A DNA stretch of 64,000 bases from Promethearchaeota archaeon (GCA_016839765.1 JAEOTP010000043.1:32001-96000), one strand, 5' to 3'; shown: positions 1 to 9,892, counted from the first letter of the stretch. Notes: generated by a model not told the origin, from the letters alone. Numbers and translations are program-made.

Positions 1-230
1 TTTCTACTTCAATTCTTCCGATTCGTCCTGACTTTTGAAGATCTCTTAAATCGAGATCTAAAAGGAGACCCTCAGTTTAGCCGATTTAGCCGAAATGGCT
101 TTAAAATTTACCTTTGACCAAATATGGCGCCAACTATATCGCTTTTTTCAACCACTCCCTTAATTTCAAATTTTGTTTCAATAATATATTTTGTAGTAAA
201 ATCTACCTGATTATTTGTAATCTTGATCAC
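1..230 (-). CDS. dnaG: Archaeal DnaG-type primase / exosome-associated DnaG, 5' part (runs off the window), interrupted by a 37-nt insert at 77-113
   Basis: Manual translation: exon 1 (230-114) VIKITNNQVDFTTKYIIETKFEIKGVVEKSDIVGAIFGQ; exon 2 (76-1) TEGLLLDLDLRDLQKSGRIGRIEVE, the conserved archaeal DnaG N-terminus. Start is GTG at 230 or ATT at 221. Confidence 0.9.
77..113 (-). other. Candidate BHB-type (relaxed HBh') intron in dnaG mRNA
   Basis: 37-nt insert with in-frame TAA; its removal restores GQ-TEGLL. Exon GGUC pairs with intron GGCU, each followed by AA|A; intron-side helix GGU/AUC. Confidence 0.7.
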
Positions 231-802
231 TTCCGTATTACTTAATTAAAATTTATTTCTTTATTTTTATGAGATAATTATAATCTTAAATGATTTCAAA
301 CATTTTAAATTGAAAATATGATTTTTAGTTCAGTTTTTTTTGTGTATTTTAATTTTAAATGCTTTTAAGTCATCAATAAATAGATGATCAATTTAAATAA
401 ATAATTCTTTCCATTTATTTTTTGCTGAATAAAAAGGCAAACAAAATTGTTTGCAGCCATAACATCTCCATAGGATATTTATTTTTAAAGAAAATATTTA
501 ATAGATATTGATGAGTCTTTATTGGAATAATATGCTATTAAGAAGGTTTTCAAATTTAAATAAAAAGAAAATCAAATTCAAATTGAGTACTAATATAGGG
601 CGATTTTATTTTTACTTTGAAAAAGAAAATAATGAAAATTCTTCTGTTAATGGTAAAATCATATTTTTCCCTAAAGATGTCGAAATTACTCAACAGTTAT
701 AATATAATTTGAAATGATTAAAATTCAAATAATTATATTATTATAATAGAACTTAATTCTCTTCTATGTTTTAATTCATCTTAAGATTATCAAGTTAATA
801 CA

Positions 803-1858
803 ATGATTGATAAAATAGTTGTGTTTGGAGGCAAAGGCGGTGTTGGAAAAAGCTCAATTAGTGCTGCAACAGCCGTAAAGCTTTCGGAATTAGTTCCCAC
901 TAAAAAAATTCTATTAATTTCATTTGATATTGCACATAATTTAACTGACATTTTTGGAATCACTATAAACAGTAAAATAACTCCTATTACGGATAACTTA
1001 TGGGCAATTGAACCTGATCCAAATCTTTATGCTGAAAAATATACAAAAGATTTAGTGGAAAAAATGAAAACTCTTATAAAACAAATGCCTATCATTGGAA
1101 ATTTACCTCAAATCGAGAAGTTTATTAATACGACATTCACAGCAGATTCTATCCCATTGGCTTTAAAAAATGCGATGTTTTTCCAAAAATTACTAGATGC
1201 AGAAGATCTTGATACTCAAGAAATTCAATTTGATATCATCGTAGCAGATTTTCCTCCCACAGGAAATATGGTGGCTCTTTTCGAAATTCCCGAAGATCAA
1301 GTTAAAGTTGTTTTGAAATATTCTTTAAATTTTTATAATTCAATTAGAGGGGCAATTAGAAATTTCTCTAAAATGTTTAGACAGCTAATTAAACCTTTTG
1401 ATGATGGAAGCTATGAAAAAAGAAGAGAATTAGGAAATGAAATTTTTAACATGGTAGTAGAACTTGAAAAACGTGGAGAAAGAATAAGCGAATTAATTCA
1501 TAGTGTAGGATCCTTACGATTGGTCACTATCGCTGAAAGACCTAGTTTTGAAGAAATAAAAAGAGCACGAGATTTAACTAAAAGATATATTTCCCTTCAT
1601 GCTGTTCATATAAACATGTTAACTCCCGAAGTAAAAAAATGCGAATACTGTAAAAAGATGAGATCTAACCAATTAAAATTTACATCAGAAATTAAAAACG
1701 AGTTTAAAAAATTAAGAATTTGGGAATCAGATCGCCTTATTGATGAACCAATTGGATTAGACGGGATAAAAAAACTCGCCACGGAAGTGTATGGAAATGT
1801 TACTGCAAATGAAATTTTGAATCCTCTAGTTAAGATGAAAAAAATGAATAAAATTTAG
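803..1858 (+). CDS. ArsA/Get3 (TRC40) family ATPase
   Basis: GKGGVGKSS deviant P-loop, SFDIAHNL, DFPPTG switch II, C-terminal CEYC. Confidence 0.85.
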   Translation: MIDKIVVFGGKGGVGKSSISAATAVKLSELVPTKKILLISFDIAHNLTDIFGITINSKITPITDNLWAIEPDPNLYAEKYTKDLVEKMKTLIKQMPIIGNLPQIEKFINTTFTADSIPLALKNAMFFQKLLDAEDLDTQEIQFDIIVADFPPTGNMVALFEIPEDQVKVVLKYSLNFYNSIRGAIRNFSKMFRQLIKPFDDGSYEKRRELGNEIFNMVVELEKRGERISELIHSVGSLRLVTIAERPSFEEIKRARDLTKRYISLHAVHINMLTPEVKKCEYCKKMRSNQLKFTSEIKNEFKKLRIWESDRLIDEPIGLDGIKKLATEVYGNVTANEILNPLVKMKKMNKI

Positions 1859-3123
1859 GTCCCTTCAAGGTATCCATGGATATAATTGTATTGTTCCCCA
1901 GTCAGTTCATCAATTTCAATGCCCATTGATTGTAATTTTAAATATCCTACTTTATTATCTATTTCTGTTGGAATCTCGATTATACCAGGTTTGAAGGACC
2001 CTTTATTTTTAACAATATACTCAGATATTAATGATTGTAAAGCAAAAGACATGTCCATTACTTCACTTGGATGACCTTCAGATAATACTAAATTAGCTAA
2101 TCTTCCTTTAGCAAGTAAATAAATCTTTTTACCACCTGGCAGAGTCAATTCTTCTACATGTTTTCGTATTGGTTTTACTTCTTTAGCATAGTCATATAAT
2201 TGTTTAGTTGGAATTTCAATATCAAAATGACCTAAATTCCCAAGAATGACACCATCCTTGAATGTGTCAAATATTTCAGGTTTAGGTGGAATAACATGCT
2301 TACATCCTGTAGCTGTTAGAATTACATCTGCCTCTGGAAGAGTTTTAAGAATAGGTTTTACATCAAATCCTGCAAATTTGGCTTGTAAGGCTTTTATTGG
2401 ATCCACCTCTGTTACAGTCACATTTGCACCTAAACCTTTTGCTCGTAATGCCATCCCTGAAGAACAATGACCATATCCTGCAATAACAACATCCTTTCCA
2501 GCAAATAGTATATGCATTCCATATATTGCTGAAATGACCCCTTGTCCTGTGCCTAGCTCATTATCAAATTGATTTTTGCATCGCGCATCATTGACTGGAA
2601 ATAATGGTACTTTTAATACACCCTGTTTATCCATAGCTCTGAAGCGTTTTACTCCGGTTGTAGTTTCCTCTTGACATCCAATTATAATACCTTCTTCAAT
2701 TAATTCAGGAAATTCTTTATGTGCCGTTACAATCATATCTGCTCCATCATCTATCAAAATATTTGGTTTTGCTTTCAAGCATTGTCGTATACACCAGTAA
2801 AACTCTTCATCAGTATTTCCATGCCAAGCAAATACATTAACTCCCTCTTCAACTAAAGCTGCAGCTACATCGTCTTGGGTTGATAATGGATTGCTGCCAC
2901 ATAAATAAACCTCTGCTCCTCCTGCTTTAAGTGTACGTGCGAGATTTCCAGTTTCTTTAGTAATGTGTAGGCATCCCGCGATGACCACACCCTTCAATGG
3001 TTTTTCTTTTGTAAATCTTTCACGAATAATTTTAACCGTTACTGGCATTTTTCTTTCTGCGATATATAATGCTTCTTTTCCCTTTTCAGCTAATGATTCA
3101 TCAGCAACTTTATAATTTACCAT
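1855..3123 (-). CDS. ahcY: Adenosylhomocysteinase
   Basis: GCLHITKET, SNPLSTQDDVAAAL, EETTTG, GRLANL, GHPSEVMDMSFA. Confidence 0.97.
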   Translation of the reverse strand: MVNYKVADESLAEKGKEALYIAERKMPVTVKIIRERFTKEKPLKGVVIAGCLHITKETGNLARTLKAGGAEVYLCGSNPLSTQDDVAAALVEEGVNVFAWHGNTDEEFYWCIRQCLKAKPNILIDDGADMIVTAHKEFPELIEEGIIIGCQEETTTGVKRFRAMDKQGVLKVPLFPVNDARCKNQFDNELGTGQGVISAIYGMHILFAGKDVVIAGYGHCSSGMALRAKGLGANVTVTEVDPIKALQAKFAGFDVKPILKTLPEADVILTATGCKHVIPPKPEIFDTFKDGVILGNLGHFDIEIPTKQLYDYAKEVKPIRKHVEELTLPGGKKIYLLAKGRLANLVLSEGHPSEVMDMSFALQSLISEYIVKNKGSFKPGIIEIPTEIDNKVGYLKLQSMGIEIDELTGEQYNYIHGYLEGT

Positions 3124-3243
3124 TTAAAGTTCACTTTCAAAGTTTTACTTTTAATAATTTTAATTAACTAATAAAGATATTTTTGGTTAAATGCAAATAT
3201 TTATATATTTAATTTGACAATTAATTAATAATATACAAGAAAA

Positions 3244-4494
3244 ATGCAAAATTGTAATATTATGAGTAGTAGTAAAGATCGAGTGGAAGCCCAACACTTT
3301 ATAAAGAATTTAAGTGGAAAAACCAAATTTGTTATATCAAAAAATTCACGTGCGATAGGACTCTCTAGACAAACATATCAAAACAAACTTGATAATTTGA
3401 GATACCAAAAAATAATTACCAATTTTACAATTAATATTAATCCAAATATTCGCCCAAATAATTTGAAATATGTAATGATTGAAATAAAAACTAACCCTAA
3501 AGAACCTGAATTAGTCGAAGAACTCTTAAAAATTCCGCAATTAAGAATGTTAGATGGAATATTTGGAGATTTTTCTCTGTTTGCATTATTTATTTTTAAA
3601 TCTCCCGAGGAATATTATCAGATATTGAATAACATTGATAAAACTATGTCAAAATCATATTTTAAGAAATATCAGATAATCGAAACTATTAAGGTGTTTA
3701 AAACAAATGGAATTAGCTTGAGAGACTCAAAAATCTCATTTACTCTTGGAAAAAAAATCAATTTAAAAGAAATTGCTAAAAATTCTGCGAATATCGAATA
3801 TAACCCACAGAAATTTCCGGGCGTTGTTATGAAGATAGAAGATCCAAATGCTACAATTTTGATTTTCTCAACTGGTAAAATAGTAGTAACTGAATTTAGA
3901 AAAGAAATAGGAGCTAAACAATTAATAGATAAAGTTGCCCAAGAGATAAGAAAAACAGGAATTCAACTAGAGAAGAAGATTAGTCAAAATTTTTATATTG
4001 ATGAGATAGATTACCTTATTTTAAAAATATTACAAGATGACCAAGGATTAAGACCAATTTCTACATATGAAATCAAAGATTTGCTAAATGAAAAGTATAG
4101 AATGACTTTAAAGTCTCTGAACAAAGACGATATTTCACAATCAACTATTCATAACAGAATTAAAAAACTCGAACAACAAGGTGCTATCTTAAATTATACA
4201 GTGAATTTTTGTCCAAAAAAAATAGGCTTTAAAGGCAAATATCTCCTTCGTATTAAACCAAAAGATCCATCAAAATATAATGAACTTGCTCTTAAACTGG
4301 ATATGCACAAAAATATTACTGATTTATTTCGAATAGGCGAACAATATGGATTATTTGCGATTGTTAGAGTGGAAAAAATTGAAGATTTTGCCTCTTTTAT
4401 CAAGGATCTATATAGTTCAGAAGAAATTGAAGATACATACACAAGCTTTGTTTTAGATGAGTTGAAACCTTATACTAATTTTATCCTTTTTTGA
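3244..4494 (+). CDS. Tandem Lrp/AsnC transcriptional regulator with an inserted single TBP repeat
   Basis: Two HTH+RAM modules (GLSRQTYQNKLDNL; ISQSTIHNRIKKLEQQGAI) flank a TBP-like segment EYNPQKFPGVVMKIEDPNATILIFSTGKIVVT. Confidence 0.85.
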   Translation: MQNCNIMSSSKDRVEAQHFIKNLSGKTKFVISKNSRAIGLSRQTYQNKLDNLRYQKIITNFTININPNIRPNNLKYVMIEIKTNPKEPELVEELLKIPQLRMLDGIFGDFSLFALFIFKSPEEYYQILNNIDKTMSKSYFKKYQIIETIKVFKTNGISLRDSKISFTLGKKINLKEIAKNSANIEYNPQKFPGVVMKIEDPNATILIFSTGKIVVTEFRKEIGAKQLIDKVAQEIRKTGIQLEKKISQNFYIDEIDYLILKILQDDQGLRPISTYEIKDLLNEKYRMTLKSLNKDDISQSTIHNRIKKLEQQGAILNYTVNFCPKKIGFKGKYLLRIKPKDPSKYNELALKLDMHKNITDLFRIGEQYGLFAIVRVEKIEDFASFIKDLYSSEEIEDTYTSFVLDELKPYTNFILF

Positions 4495-4582
4495 AATTCA
4501 AATGATTTTAAATTAGTTTTCCAGAGAGTTTTTAAAAAATTTAAAGAATATTAATTTATTTACTTTAGAATCATTTTTTTAT

Positions 4583-6673
4583 TTGTATATTATGAATTAT
4601 TTTTATGAAATCTTAAATAAACGGATAGGTTATTCTAGAGTCGGGAGAATCAAATTATCGAAGGAACCTAAGAAATATGTAAAGACTCCTAACGTTATTC
4701 TCCCTATGCGAAATTTTCTATTGAAAAATGTTAACTTCTTAGAAGAGTTTGAAGACCATGAAATTTTTTTAATATCAAAAGAAGTTTTCCTAAAAATAGG
4801 TTTTTTGCGCGATAAGTTTAGAAATACAGCTTTTATTTTCACCCATACAGGTACACTACAAACATTTATAGAAATTTTAGAGAATAATATTGACATCTTC
4901 TCGGAAGATAATATTATTCTTCTAATCCCTTTCAATATCCCAACGACAATTCTTGATGAAAATTTTGCTAAAAATGAAATCTTATATCATCTTAATTCAG
5001 TAAAAAAACTCTTAGAAAATTTTCCAAATCTTAATTTTGGGTTAAGTATTAAAATATTTGAACATCCACAATTCCTTGATCTATATAGTCCATTAATAAA
5101 AGAAAATAAAAATATTAAAATATTAAATTTAATTGACTTTTTCACTGCTAATACTAATTTTAGAAATGTCTTGGATTTAATTATTAGCATTAAACAAAAC
5201 TTTGATAATAATTTAGTTTTAATGGCTTCAGGACGGATTATCCCAAAGTATTTTCCAATTTTAATTTACTTAGGTATCGATCTTATTGATAGCTCATATT
5301 TACTTTATTTAACTTCAGAGAATTTCTATGATACAATAGAATTTTTACTTCCAATTTATAAAGTAAAGTATTTTCCTTGTTCATGTGTAGCTTGTCAAAC
5401 AAAATTAAAGAACTTCCAAAGTATGAAATATTCAGATGAAATATTTGAATATTTGTGTCTACATAATCTAATAACAGCAAAAACTTATATGAATAAAATA
5501 AAACAATATTTAAGGACAGAGGATTTCCGAGCATTTGTAGAAAAGACCTCATTTGATGATGTTCTAATCGTTTCAATATTAAAAGTATTAGATAGACAAT
5601 ATTTTGATTTAATAAAGTATGAGACTCCGATAACAGATTCTTTCTCGACAGTTAAATGCTTTGGTCCATCTTCTTACTATAGGCCAGACTTTCATCAATT
5701 TAGGGAGAGGTTAATAAAATATTTTTTACCTGAACCGTGGACAAAATTGATTATAATTTTTCCTTGCTCTGCAAGAAAGCCATATTCAGCATCAAAATCT
5801 CATAAGAAATTTCACAGTGTTTTAAGGAAATTTCCGGATTTCCCGGATTTTCAAGAAATTATTCTTACTTCCCCTCTTGGAGCTATACCACGACAGTTAG
5901 AAAATGTCTATCCTGTAAATTCATATGATATATCTGTAACTGGATTTTGGGATAATGAGGAGATTGATTTAGCTTCTCAAATGTTGGTTGAACTACTTAA
6001 GAAGTATAATACAAAAATCCCTATTATATGTCATGTAAGTGATAAAGGATACAAGGAAATTGTTTTAAGAGCACAAAAACAACTGTCTAACCAATTTTAT
6101 TTTACAGAGGTCTACAAAAATCTTACAACTTCTGATTCATTGAAGTCGCTGGAGAACATCGTAAATAATTTAAAAGATATTTTTATTTTAAAGGAAAATA
6201 TACCAAAGTCGAAGTATTATTCAAAATCGTGGGTTCGAAAATTAGTTAAAATTGCTGATTATCAGTTTGGTTCTAATATTGGTATGAAAATCTTTTCAAA
6301 AGGAATAAGAGTCAAGAAAAATAATGTGAGTAAAAATTTAGATATTATTGATATTGAAAACAAAAAATTATTAGGAAAATTTTTGGTTAAGACGGGTCAA
6401 ATTGAATTAACATTAATTGGAGCAGAAATTTTATCAGCCATTGACAAAGAATTTAATATTTTGGTCTTTGATGGAGATTTAATAAAGGGAAATACTCTTT
6501 TTAGACCAGGAATTGTTGAATTTAGTCAGAATCTTATCCCAAATAATTATGTTATTATTTTGGATAAAAGTAAAAAAAGTGTGATTGGACTTGCCAAATT
6601 AATTGTTGGTTCAAATTATATAAAAAACTCAAGTAATGGAAGGATTGCTAAAGTTTATGAAAAAATCAGTTAA
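4583..6673 (+). CDS. arcS: Archaeosine synthase subunit alpha (ArcS/TgtA2) with C-terminal PUA domain
   Basis: TGT-like N-terminus with CSCVAC..H zinc site, PCSARKPYSASKSH, TSPLGAIPR, PUA-like C-terminus; adjacent to RaSEA. Confidence 0.88.
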   Translation: MYIMNYFYEILNKRIGYSRVGRIKLSKEPKKYVKTPNVILPMRNFLLKNVNFLEEFEDHEIFLISKEVFLKIGFLRDKFRNTAFIFTHTGTLQTFIEILENNIDIFSEDNIILLIPFNIPTTILDENFAKNEILYHLNSVKKLLENFPNLNFGLSIKIFEHPQFLDLYSPLIKENKNIKILNLIDFFTANTNFRNVLDLIISIKQNFDNNLVLMASGRIIPKYFPILIYLGIDLIDSSYLLYLTSENFYDTIEFLLPIYKVKYFPCSCVACQTKLKNFQSMKYSDEIFEYLCLHNLITAKTYMNKIKQYLRTEDFRAFVEKTSFDDVLIVSILKVLDRQYFDLIKYETPITDSFSTVKCFGPSSYYRPDFHQFRERLIKYFLPEPWTKLIIIFPCSARKPYSASKSHKKFHSVLRKFPDFPDFQEIILTSPLGAIPRQLENVYPVNSYDISVTGFWDNEEIDLASQMLVELLKKYNTKIPIICHVSDKGYKEIVLRAQKQLSNQFYFTEVYKNLTTSDSLKSLENIVNNLKDIFILKENIPKSKYYSKSWVRKLVKIADYQFGSNIGMKIFSKGIRVKKNNVSKNLDIIDIENKKLLGKFLVKTGQIELTLIGAEILSAIDKEFNILVFDGDLIKGNTLFRPGIVEFSQNLIPNNYVIILDKSKKSVIGLAKLIVGSNYIKNSSNGRIAKVYEKIS

Positions 6674-7754
6674 GTCTAGTTCAATTGTCGAAAATATTAA
6701 AGAAATTAGAGACAAAACAATTTTAAAGAGGAAAAATTTTACAAGCGATCAATTAAATAAACCAGTTAGTTTTTGGATAAAGGATGATCGCCTTTTAAAT
6801 GAAAAAGGAAAGGAATTTACTATTATCTTAAGAACTAAAGGGTGCAGCTGGGCATTAAGCGATAGTGGGGGATGTTCAATGTGTGGATATATAAATGATT
6901 CCAGTATTGAAAGTATAGACGATAAACATATTATCAATCAAGTAAATCATGCTTTTCAATCAAAATTGGAAGAAATTAGAATTGAAAGAAAGAATTTTAT
7001 ATTTAAGATTTTTAATTCTGGGAGTTTTTTCGATGAGAGTGAAATCTCTGAAGAAGTAAGGAACCATATTTATCAGAAAGTATATGAGAGTGATAGGATA
7101 CAAGAATTTGTTATTGAATCTCGCTTAGAATATATTTCAAAAATGAAATTAATAGATTTAAAAAACCAACTAAATGATAAATATATTGAATTAGCGATTG
7201 GCCTTGAAACGGTTAATGATTATATTAGAAACACTTATATAAATAAATCAATGTCTTATGATGATTTTATAAAAGTTTTTCGCATTTGCAAAGAAATTGG
7301 AATCGGAGTGAGGGTATATTTACTATTTAAACCCCCCTTTTTAAATGAACAAGGTGCTATAGACGATTGCGTCAGATCTATTATAAATCTAATTAATTTA
7401 GGAGTAGAAACGGTATCAATAAATCCTATAAATATTCAAAAAGGTACATTATTAGAATATTTATGGTATCAAAATCGTTATAGACCTCCATGGTTTTATT
7501 CTCTTTTTAAAAGTTTACGCAAAATCCATGAATTAAAAAAAGATTCAACATTTCCTCGTCTAATTTCAGATCCATCTGGAGCTGGAACGAAACGAGGGAT
7601 TCACAATTGCCTAAAAAGAGAATGTAATCAAAAAATGATAAGCATTCTTCGAAATTTTGTATTATCACAAGATTTTAACTATTTAAATAAAAAAGATGCA
7701 TATTATGATTGTGATTGTTTGACAAGATACCGTCTTCAAAAGAATTTCCATTAA
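6636..7754 (+). CDS. Archaeosine biosynthesis radical SAM protein RaSEA
   Basis: ILRTKGCSWA..GGCSMCGY, KIFNSGSF, IGLET, YRPPW, RGIHNC; overlaps arcS. Confidence 0.88.
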   Translation: MEGLLKFMKKSVKSSSIVENIKEIRDKTILKRKNFTSDQLNKPVSFWIKDDRLLNEKGKEFTIILRTKGCSWALSDSGGCSMCGYINDSSIESIDDKHIINQVNHAFQSKLEEIRIERKNFIFKIFNSGSFFDESEISEEVRNHIYQKVYESDRIQEFVIESRLEYISKMKLIDLKNQLNDKYIELAIGLETVNDYIRNTYINKSMSYDDFIKVFRICKEIGIGVRVYLLFKPPFLNEQGAIDDCVRSIINLINLGVETVSINPINIQKGTLLEYLWYQNRYRPPWFYSLFKSLRKIHELKKDSTFPRLISDPSGAGTKRGIHNCLKRECNQKMISILRNFVLSQDFNYLNKKDAYYDCDCLTRYRLQKNFH

Positions 7755-7986
7755 ATATTAGTAATAGTTTATCCAAAGATCGGGATAAATTATTAATTTT
7801 CGAAAAACAAACAATTTTATAGTTTTCCTTAAAAAAAAAATTTATTTTCATTTTCAATAATTTTTTCAAGAGAAATTAATGAAAATATTCATACCATTTT
7901 TGTAAAAATTCACCCCAAAAAGGTTATATTTAAATATTGCCTTTCAATTTTCTACTCTATATTTTATTAGTTAAGTAGGGTTATTC

Positions 7987-8235
7987 TTGAAAAACTGGAT
8001 TAAGCTAAACCTATTCTATCTCGGAAAATCTAAGAAGCATTATATTTTCAGAGCTAAAAGATGGAATAAAAATTTTGAGACTATATCACATAAATCAGTT
8101 TTCAATGAGAATTATGAAGAGGTTGGTAACATCAAAGAAATATTTGGTCCTATCAATATGCCATTTGTCTCTATAAAATCTTTACCAGATATGCAGTTTG
8201 GTTTAGAAAATAAGTTTTATATTAAAAATCGTTAG
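7987..8235 (+). CDS. gar1: H/ACA RNP subunit Gar1/Naf1 family
   Basis: VGNIKEIFGPINMPFVSIK motif; immediately upstream of tfb, as in many archaea. Confidence 0.75.
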   Translation: MKNWIKLNLFYLGKSKKHYIFRAKRWNKNFETISHKSVFNENYEEVGNIKEIFGPINMPFVSIKSLPDMQFGLENKFYIKNR

Positions 8236-8283
8236 CAAACTTATAGAATTTTTAGCAATTCACAATTTTAAAAGGTGTAAAGT

Positions 8284-9243
8284 ATTTCGAGTTGGAATTA
8301 TATAGAAGTTCTACCAAAAAAAGAAATTTCTATTGAAGATGATAATTGTACCGAATGTGGTAAAAAAATCATAAAAAATTCTGATTCACTTTTGGTTTGT
8401 GAAGAGTGTGGCTTAGTCCATTCGGGAAATCATATTGATCGTGGTCCTGAATGGAGAGCATTTGATGCTGATCAGAAGAAAAAGAGAACTCGAACTGGAG
8501 CGCCAATGACTTATATGATTCATGATAAAGGTTTAAGCACAATGATTGATTGGAAAAACAGAGACATTTTTGGCAAGGAAATTCCCGCAAAATCAAGGGG
8601 ACAAATCTATAGATTACGCAAATGGCAAAGTAGAATAAGGGTATCCGATGCAACAGAGAGAAATCTGACTTTTGCACTAAGTGAATTAGATCGCATGGCT
8701 TCAAATTTAGATCTCCCTAAAAATCTTCGTGAGTGTTCCGCAAAAATATATAGGGATGCGGTCGATGCTCACCTCATAAGAGGACGAAGTATTGAGGGTG
8801 TAGCTGCAGCAAGTTTATATGCCGCTTGCAGAATGTATAAAATACCTAGAACATTGAATGAAATTGCCGAAGTTGCTCGGGTGGATAAAAAGGAGATAGG
8901 AAGATCTTTCCGTTTTATATCCAATGAATTGGTCCTTAATTTGAATCCAACTAAACCCCTCGATTTCCTTACCAGATTTATTTCTGAGCTAGAACTAACA
9001 CATGATTGTCAAAAAGCAGCTAAAATAATTATTAAAATAGCAGAAACTCGTGGGTTGACGTCAGGAAGAGGACCGACAGGAGTTTGTGCAGCAGCCATTT
9101 ATGCTGCAAGTATTTTGACCAAAGAAAGAAGGACACAAAGAAAAATTGCTAAGATTAGTCAGGTAACTGAAGTTACTGTCCGTAATCGATTCACAGAGCT
9201 TATAGAGAATTTAGATTTGGGCATCTCATTAAAAAAGAAATAA
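8284..9243 (+). CDS. tfb: Transcription initiation factor IIB (TFB); true start lies upstream of the tracked ORF (8392) and is uncertain
   Basis: Zn ribbon CTEC...CEEC (first half upstream of 8392), [11 protein letters not shown]-reader, two cyclin repeats ([16 protein letters not shown]). Confidence 0.95.
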   Translation: MSSWNYIEVLPKKEISIEDDNCTECGKKIIKNSDSLLVCEECGLVHSGNHIDRGPEWRAFDADQKKKRTRTGAPMTYMIHDKGLSTMIDWKNRDIFGKEIPAKSRGQIYRLRKWQSRIRVSDATERNLTFALSELDRMASNLDLPKNLRECSAKIYRDAVDAHLIRGRSIEGVAAASLYAACRMYKIPRTLNEIAEVARVDKKEIGRSFRFISNELVLNLNPTKPLDFLTRFISELELTHDCQKAAKIIIKIAETRGLTSGRGPTGVCAAAIYAASILTKERRTQRKIAKISQVTEVTVRNRFTELIENLDLGISLKKK

Positions 9244-9378
9244 ATTTCTATTTTTAATTTTCTTTTTTATTTTTCCACTTTAATAATAAAAAAAATGTTA
9301 TCCTAATAATACAACATTTAAAGATTCATTTCTATCACTTCTATCATATCAGTATGCATTATTGATAGGTCAGATTTT

Positions 9379-9729
9379 ATGAAGATGGAAAAGACAAAGT
9401 TAATAAACCAAACTGAAGTCAATTATTTTTTACATCGAGTAAAAAAACACTTTCCCAATTTTGTCGCCGGAGTTATTACAGACCGTAATGGTTTTCCAAT
9501 TGGTTCAAGTATCTCAAGTAGATTATGGGTACATGAAAATACATTAGCTTTAGGTGCAATATCAAAACATAAAGAAAAAATAATAAAAGATCCAAACCTA
9601 GTCCAATTAAAATTTGATATTGATAAGAATAAGAGATATAAACTATTTATATTATTAGAGAAAACTAAGAGCTATAAAGATGGAATTAAACCATTAAAAG
9701 AAATTATTAGATCGCAAGAATTATTCTAA
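9379..9729 (+). CDS. Roadblock/LC7-like protein (divergent)
   Basis: Helix followed by VAGVITDRNGFPIGS, typical of a Roadblock N-terminus. Confidence 0.55.
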   Translation: MKMEKTKLINQTEVNYFLHRVKKHFPNFVAGVITDRNGFPIGSSISSRLWVHENTLALGAISKHKEKIIKDPNLVQLKFDIDKNKRYKLFILLEKTKSYKDGIKPLKEIIRSQELF

Positions 9730-9892
9730 TGCATTTAAGCCATTCTTGTTTTACTTTTTAGATTTTATTCGTAGCGTAAGACAGACCATTAATATGCGAA
9801 TTAAATTTTTATAGATGAAGCTATACTTAGTAAGTAAGAAAGATTGAATTTTATGTGATTTTTAAATAAATTCTTTATAATATATTCTGAGG

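Noticed and set aside
76-93. 9-bp tandem repeat (TTTAGCCGA x2) as the sole cause of the dnaG disruption
   Set aside because: Explains only 9 of 37 nt; the remaining 28 nt still contain the stop and break the frame
71-111. Spliceosome-like reading of the dnaG insert (AG|GTAAAT ... CTAAAC ... GAG|G)
   Set aside because: GT-AG excision removes 41 nt, leaves the gene out of frame and deletes the conserved TE; the 37-nt BHB-type junction fits instead
508-702. 64-aa ORF between dnaG and the ArsA-family gene
   Set aside because: Low-complexity AT-rich sequence with no motif; cannot be supported, though not excluded
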